Positions 36,211 to 41,771 of a stretch of DNA of 41,771 nt are shown here, in pieces. The stretch is from Octopus bimaculoides. Lineage: Eukaryota. The position numbers and the translations under genes were made by a program. The DNA is taken from NCBI RefSeq assembly GCF_001194135.2, contig NC_069000.1, forward strand, positions 33,131,556 through 33,173,326, given 5' to 3'. Positions within the stretch are counted from its first letter, which is position 1. The number at the start of each line of letters is the position of its first letter. The notes under the pieces are model-generated. The model worked only from the letters and a program-made list of their open reading frames with translations. It made no database searches and had not been told where the DNA came from.

Positions 36211-36310
36211 ATTATTTTTATTATTATTATTATTATTATCATCATTATCATCATCATCATCATCATCAGTATTATTATTATTAATTATTATTATTATTAT
36301 TATTGTTATT
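36081..36310. repeat. Compound microsatellite (AC)(AT)(ATT)(CAT)(TAT)
   Basis: Read directly. Confidence 0.93.
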
Positions 36311-36735
36311 TTTATTAGCTGACTCTAGCATTGGATGTAAGGTTCAGTGTTATGCGAGCATCATGGGAGATTCCCTAAGGACCACGATGCCACAAAAACT
36401 AGCAATTACATTTATAGTCATTTTACCATGATACTTCAGAAGCGAAGCCATGAGGAAATGACATTTTTATAGCTGAAGGGCTTCGACGAAATTCCCTAAA
36501 TTTTCAATTTCACCTTTGACACGTTGAACGAGAAAGAGAAAACGAACCTGAAAACGTGGCTGTTTATTCATTCATTCATGAATGATTGATGGCTGGCTGG
36601 TTGGATGGATGGATTATGGCCGACGAGCAATGACCTTTACTACCTACAATCGCGCGTAGACTTAGATATATACGTACTTACAGACATACATAGGTGTATG
36701 TGTGGAGGTATATATGTATGTATGTATGTATGTAC

Positions 36736-36784
<49 letters not shown>

Positions 36785-37124
36785 CGCACATGTGTGTGTG
36801 TGTGTGTGTGTTCTTGAAAACGAGGGAAACATAGCCATGTGCATTCAGACTAAAAGAATTTTAAAAACACCATGTTTATGCGTTGATTGTGATGTACGCA
36901 AATATTTGTATGTAAATATATTTTTTGTGTGTATGTATATAAATATATTTGAGTGCATGTGTGTGTAAGATGTACGAGGAAGTGTAAATAGATTAATAGG
37001 TACATACAAACATATTTATATACACATATATGTTTGCATGAATATATGTGTGTGGTGTGTATGTGGTTTTCGTATGTGTTTTTATATTTATGTATGTATA
37101 ACCATCTAAGTCGAAGACCAAGCT

Positions 37125-37635
37125 GTACGCAGTAGACTTTGTCCTAAAGAAAACAGAAAACATACTCGATAAAGGAATGCCATGGAGACTACAAACTTAA
37201 CTGAAAGACCTGGACTTTGCTAATGACATTGTCTTGCTCGCTGAAAATGATAAACTCCTACAAGTGTTCACGTCTGAACTGGTGTAGAATACGGAGTGGT
37301 CTAAGAAATAGTGTGGAAAAGAGGAAAACAATGAATATTACAAAGAGCAAAAATCCTAAAACTCCACCATAAACACATCGAGATTGTTGACAGATTCACC
37401 TATCTGGGTTGCGTCATCAATTAGAATAGTGATATTGATTGTAACATCAAGCAAAGAATTGGCAAAGCCGCAGCTGTGTTGCAGAGAATATGCTTTGTCT
37501 GATCCTGTAGCAATAGCAGCTTACAAACAAACATCTGCATTTGTAATAGCATAGTTCTATCGACAGTTCTCTGTGCCAGTGAGACGTGAAATGGTACCGT
37601 GAAAATAGACAGAATGCTTTATGTTTTCTATCAAA
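37125..37635 (+). mobile_element. Decayed RTE-clade LINE RT fragment
   Basis: LKDLDFANDIVLL (decayed FADD), IVDRFTYLGCVI, QRIGKAAAVL, VLSTVLCASET and FYQRCFRKIL. Confidence 0.85.
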
Positions 37636-37657
37636 GATGCTTCAGAAAGATTCTATT

Positions 37658-37758
37658 GTAGTAGAACATACTTACCCAGAGTACCACGCAGTGAAACTGA
37701 ACCCTGAACCATGTGGTTGGGGAGCAAACTTCTTACCGCAGTCAAGCCTGCGCCTATG
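37658..37758 (-). mobile_element. SINE family A, head only
   Basis: gtaccacgcagtgaaactgaaccctgaaccatgtggttggggagcaaacttcttacc...cctgcgcct. Confidence 0.8.
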
Positions 37759-37793
37759 CATACCTTATAAACACATTCACACACACAGACGTA

Positions 37794-37827
<34 letters not shown>

Positions 37828-37879
37828 CATACATGCAAACATACGTACGTACGTACGTACGTGCGTATGTATATAAGCG

Positions 37880-38172
37880 CAGTGTTATTGAACGATAAAG
37901 AAGTTTGCTTTGCAACTATAAGGTCTTAGATTTGATCTCACTGCATCTTATCATAGGTTAATATCACTTTTTATAGCCCATAACTTGGTAACAAATTCAG
38001 TGGACGGTAACGGTATGAAAGGTTATATCCCCGTAACTTAGAATTTTAGCCAAAATGACTCGATAAAATAAGCACCGAGCTTAGGACAAAATGATTACTG
38101 GCATTTATTTCTTCAGAAAAATCCCTTCAAAGCGGTGCCCCTGCATGACAGAATTCTACCGACTGAAGCAAG
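37880..38172 (+). mobile_element. SINE family A, highly degenerate
   Basis: tccccgtaacttag...gataaaataagcaccgagctta...cttcaaagcggtgcccctgcatg. Confidence 0.55.
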
Positions 38173-38269
38173 TTACTGATGATATACATATATACATATA
38201 TATCACCATTTGACCATTTGATGGTCTTTTATAAAAAAAGGGACAAACTTTGTGTTAACAGGAAAAAAT

Positions 38270-38880
38270 AATGTGTAGTTTATGGTGATGGCTCCAGAGC
38301 AGAGAAGACTATTCGTAAGTGGTTCTCAAGAAGGTTATGGGGTGAAATTTTGGATCTAGAATACGGTGAACATACAATCGTTGATGATGACCAGATCGAA
38401 GAGCTAATCAAAAATAATCCAAGTAACACGATACGAAATATCACAGAAATACTACACAGAAACATTATATGAGCGTATAAGATATTTAAAAACATTTGGA
38501 TATGTGAATCACTGTGATTTGGGGTGCCTCATCATTAAGCAGTAAAAGAAAATTAAGGGACCACAATTTCATCTATGCTCAAACTCAACAAAAACGTCCC
38601 ACTTTTTAAAAGAACGAACACAATATGGAGTGGAAGAGATCCTGGTAAAACGATATGAACCACCTTTATTCGTTCTAAAAGCCGGTCAATATCCGAGGGA
38701 TGCTTTGTATCTGATGGGGATAGTTCATTTCATTCTGATGAGAATTGTTCATTTCTTTCTGATGAGCATTGTTCATTTCGAGTTCCCTCAACAAAATCAG
38801 GTTTTGAACAGATATCATTGCTTGCAATTAAATCGATCGATTAAAGGAAGCAATCAAAGAAAAACGCCCTGAAGTGGACA
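38270..38880 (+). mobile_element. Decayed mariner transposase fragment, mellifera-like
   Basis: CVVYGDGSRAEKTIRKWFSR, IVDDDQIEELIKNNPSNTIRNITEILH, YLKTFGYVNHCD and LKEAIKEKRPEVDN. No TIRs seen. Confidence 0.85.
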
Positions 38881-39198
38881 ATCATATTTCCTTGGTAGGG
38901 CTTGGTTGGGATGTCCTACTACGCCCACAGCTCTCACTTGACCTTACACCTTATGATTACAATTTATTTCGATCCCCACAAAATTTTTTTTAATGGGATG
39001 AATTTCAACTTCTTAGAAGGCTATAAAATCCACACAGACCAGTTCATGGCCCAGGAAGATGCGATCATGAATCTGCCTCAAAGATGGTGAAAGATAAAGA
39101 AACATAACGAAATATGTGGTTTAATACAGGTATGTACAAATATTTAAATATTAGTTTTGAATTTTACTTTAAAAAATGGAACACACTTTTGTTCCAAC

Positions 39199-39247
<49 letters not shown>

Positions 39248-39301
39248 CTCTATCTTTTTATCTACCTATCTCGTACTTTCTCACTTTCTCTTTCTCTTCT
39301 A

Positions 39302-39345
<44 letters not shown>

Positions 39346-39493
39346 TGCATGTATGTATGTATATATGTATGTATGTATATACATTTCAGTCTATGGAAAT
39401 GTTTGCGTGTTCGTGTAACTTTATAAGAGCTTGCTTTTTTTCTTTTGTTTACTTTTTTTCCTCTTCTTTCCTTTTTGTCAATTCTTCGTGTAG

Positions 39494-39529
39494 TGTGGTT
39501 TCTCGTGGCGGAAACATACTTGCCGGGAA
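39494..39529 (+). CDS. Candidate 36-nt internal exon; phase-2 reading (S)VVSRGGNILAG(K/N)
   Basis: About 55-nt polypyrimidine tract ending GTGTAG; perfect GTAAGT donor at 39530; GC-richer than its flanks; open in all three frames; length divisible by 3. Confidence 0.45.
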
Positions 39530-41125
39530 GTAAGTAGGACTTGGCATATGTGTAATTTCAGTCACTAGAACAATCATTGAAAGGAGGAAATCTACAAAAT
39601 ATACACTTCTACAGAAATTGGAGTATATATTAAAAAAAAAAGAATTAAATACAACAATTCATCAAAATGAATACATTTTACTTCTTCAAAAACTTTTGCG
39701 CACATGAAGATGGCAGTTTTAATTAAAACCTAGTACATTTAAATTTCTGTGACATGTATATGTACGTGTGTGTGCATTCACACTCTCATACGGAACTGTT
39801 CATATTCTACAAAAACAGGGAACACGAAATCCTATCATTTTCCACTTGCTACTGCTAAAGAAAGATAAATAAATAATCAATTTTTTTTTTTAAATGAACG
39901 AAAAATAAATATCGAAAAGAAAGGGGTTTCCTCCACTGTCAGGGTGTCAAAATAATATATATATATATATCGTTCCCCACACCCATAACAACATCAGTCT
40001 AACTTTGTTGTTTTTTTTTTTACTGACATCGAATATGTTGTTAGCTTCTGTCATACTGTGACAAATGTTTTAACGGGTGGTTTCTATTGAAGAAAAAAAA
40101 GCGGGTTTCACTTCCATATTCACACCCGTATCTATTCCATCCTTTGTATTCCCTCTATTCCATCCGCTCATTCATTTCTTTCTCTGCCTTTTACAGCCCA
40201 TTTATCGATTCGTCAATTTGTTGATTTACACAGCCACGCAGACACTTAATCAGCTTAAGCTAACGATTAAATTCAACCTAATCCATTCCAATCTTACCAC
40301 TATATGTATATATGTATGTATGTATGTATGTACGGACGTACGTGTGCGTATGTGTTTGTGTGTATGCGTGCGTGCGTGTCTGTGTGTGTGTGCGTGTGTG
40401 TGTGCGTGTGTGTATATGTGGGGGGTGTCAAAAATTGAGATATTTCTTTGTATGAAGAATTTCAAATAAGAGATATTTTACATGTTTTTTTCATGTACAA
40501 TTTTGTAACTCCTATTAGCAAATGAAACATGTGTAGTGGTAAATAGATAATGCCAAAATATCTTTCCAGTCTCCTGTCGTGATATTTTATCAACCTGCAA
40601 AATCTATTTTCCACTATTCTTTAGTTCTTATGCATGTCTCACACAATTTCAACATCTATATACAAACTGAGAGTACTTGACTATGCAGATGTGCTTCACA
40701 AAAACACAGTATCGATTATAACGTTATCTACATACTATAAATACAAAATCATCACAAACACACATGCACACATACAAACACACACACACATACAGACACA
40801 CACATATGAATATATATATATATATATATACAAACACACACATACAAACACACACTGTGATCTACGACACAGTTTCTGTCCACAAGACTGCTTGGGTTAA
40901 GGCTTAATTAGGAACTGATTTACTGAAGTACGGTCCAATCACTCTGAATACGAAATCTTATGGTTGCGAGGCGATCGTCTTAACTTTACAGCCATGTTTC
41001 AAGCCTATATAACTGTTTTATGGGTGTACATTAATTTTACGAGATAGACAATGTTCTCTAACGGCCAAGAAACCAAGACAGAGCCCACGCGATAGTCAAT
41101 ACTATCGATTCACGTACATAGACAC

Positions 41126-41324
41126 ATCGTTATGCATAAACATCGATATAGAAATATGATTCTATCGTAAAGGCATACATTCATGCATAGAATTATAGAT
41201 TTATACATATGTTCATACATATATACATATGTAAGCATACTCACATTTATGTGTATGTCCATATGTGTGCGTGAATATGTGTATGCACGCAGACACACAA
41301 AGACTATATGTGTATGTGTGTCTC

Positions 41325-41373
<49 letters not shown>

Positions 41374-41659
41374 GTGTATATATATATATAGAGAGATAGA
41401 GAGATGTCATCCTGGGGCTAAAAGCAACAGTAACATCCACCCCTAGGGGTNNNNNNNNNNATCGTTATGCATAAACATCGATATAGAAATATGATTCTAT
41501 CGTAAAGGCATACATTCATGCATAGAATTATAGATTTATACATATGTTCATACATATATACATATGTAAGCATACTCACATTTATGTGTATGTCCATATG
41601 TGTGCGTGAATATGTGTATGCACGCAGACACACAAAGACTATATGTGTATGTGTGTCTC

Positions 41660-41708
<49 letters not shown>

Positions 41709-41771
41709 GTGTATATATATATATAGAGAGATAGAGAGATGTCATCCTGGGGCTAAAAGCAACAGTAACAT
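41126..41771 (+). repeat. 311-bp direct duplication either side of a 10-N gap (41126-41436 and 41461-41771), probably an assembly artefact
   Basis: The two copies appear identical, including microsatellite lengths. Confidence 0.9.

Noticed and set aside
38720-38780. About 23-bp tandem repeat (attgttcatttctttctgatgag) with CTGATGAG
   Set aside because: It is a local slippage duplication inside a dead mariner, with no GAAA or stems for a ribozyme and no CRISPR-like spacers.

Overview
AT-rich eukaryotic DNA dense in microsatellites, most likely from an octopus draft assembly. That assignment rests on recalled similarity to octopus SINE families, not a database search. There are 12 N-gaps (about 3.8 kb), nearly all next to simple repeats. 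No intact long ORF exists, and every long entry in the ORF track is a read-through of N-gaps or microsatellites. The window is mostly decayed mobile DNA: at least four tRNA-derived SINE families (over 20 copies); LINE remnants (R4/Dong-like RLE, Tx1/L1-like, CR1-group, RTE); two Penelope-like fragments (RT and GIY-YIG); four different Tc1/mariner remnants, one with both TIRs; hAT ends; and a probable Helitron/Helentron-type end. The best host-gene signal is two short + strand exon candidates (30043-30095 and 39494-39529) that splice in phase into a signal-peptide-like N-terminus, MIWAVFLLSSFIATSCLSVVSRGGNILAG. I found no support for a novel multi-gene system, a CRISPR array, rRNA or true tRNA genes.
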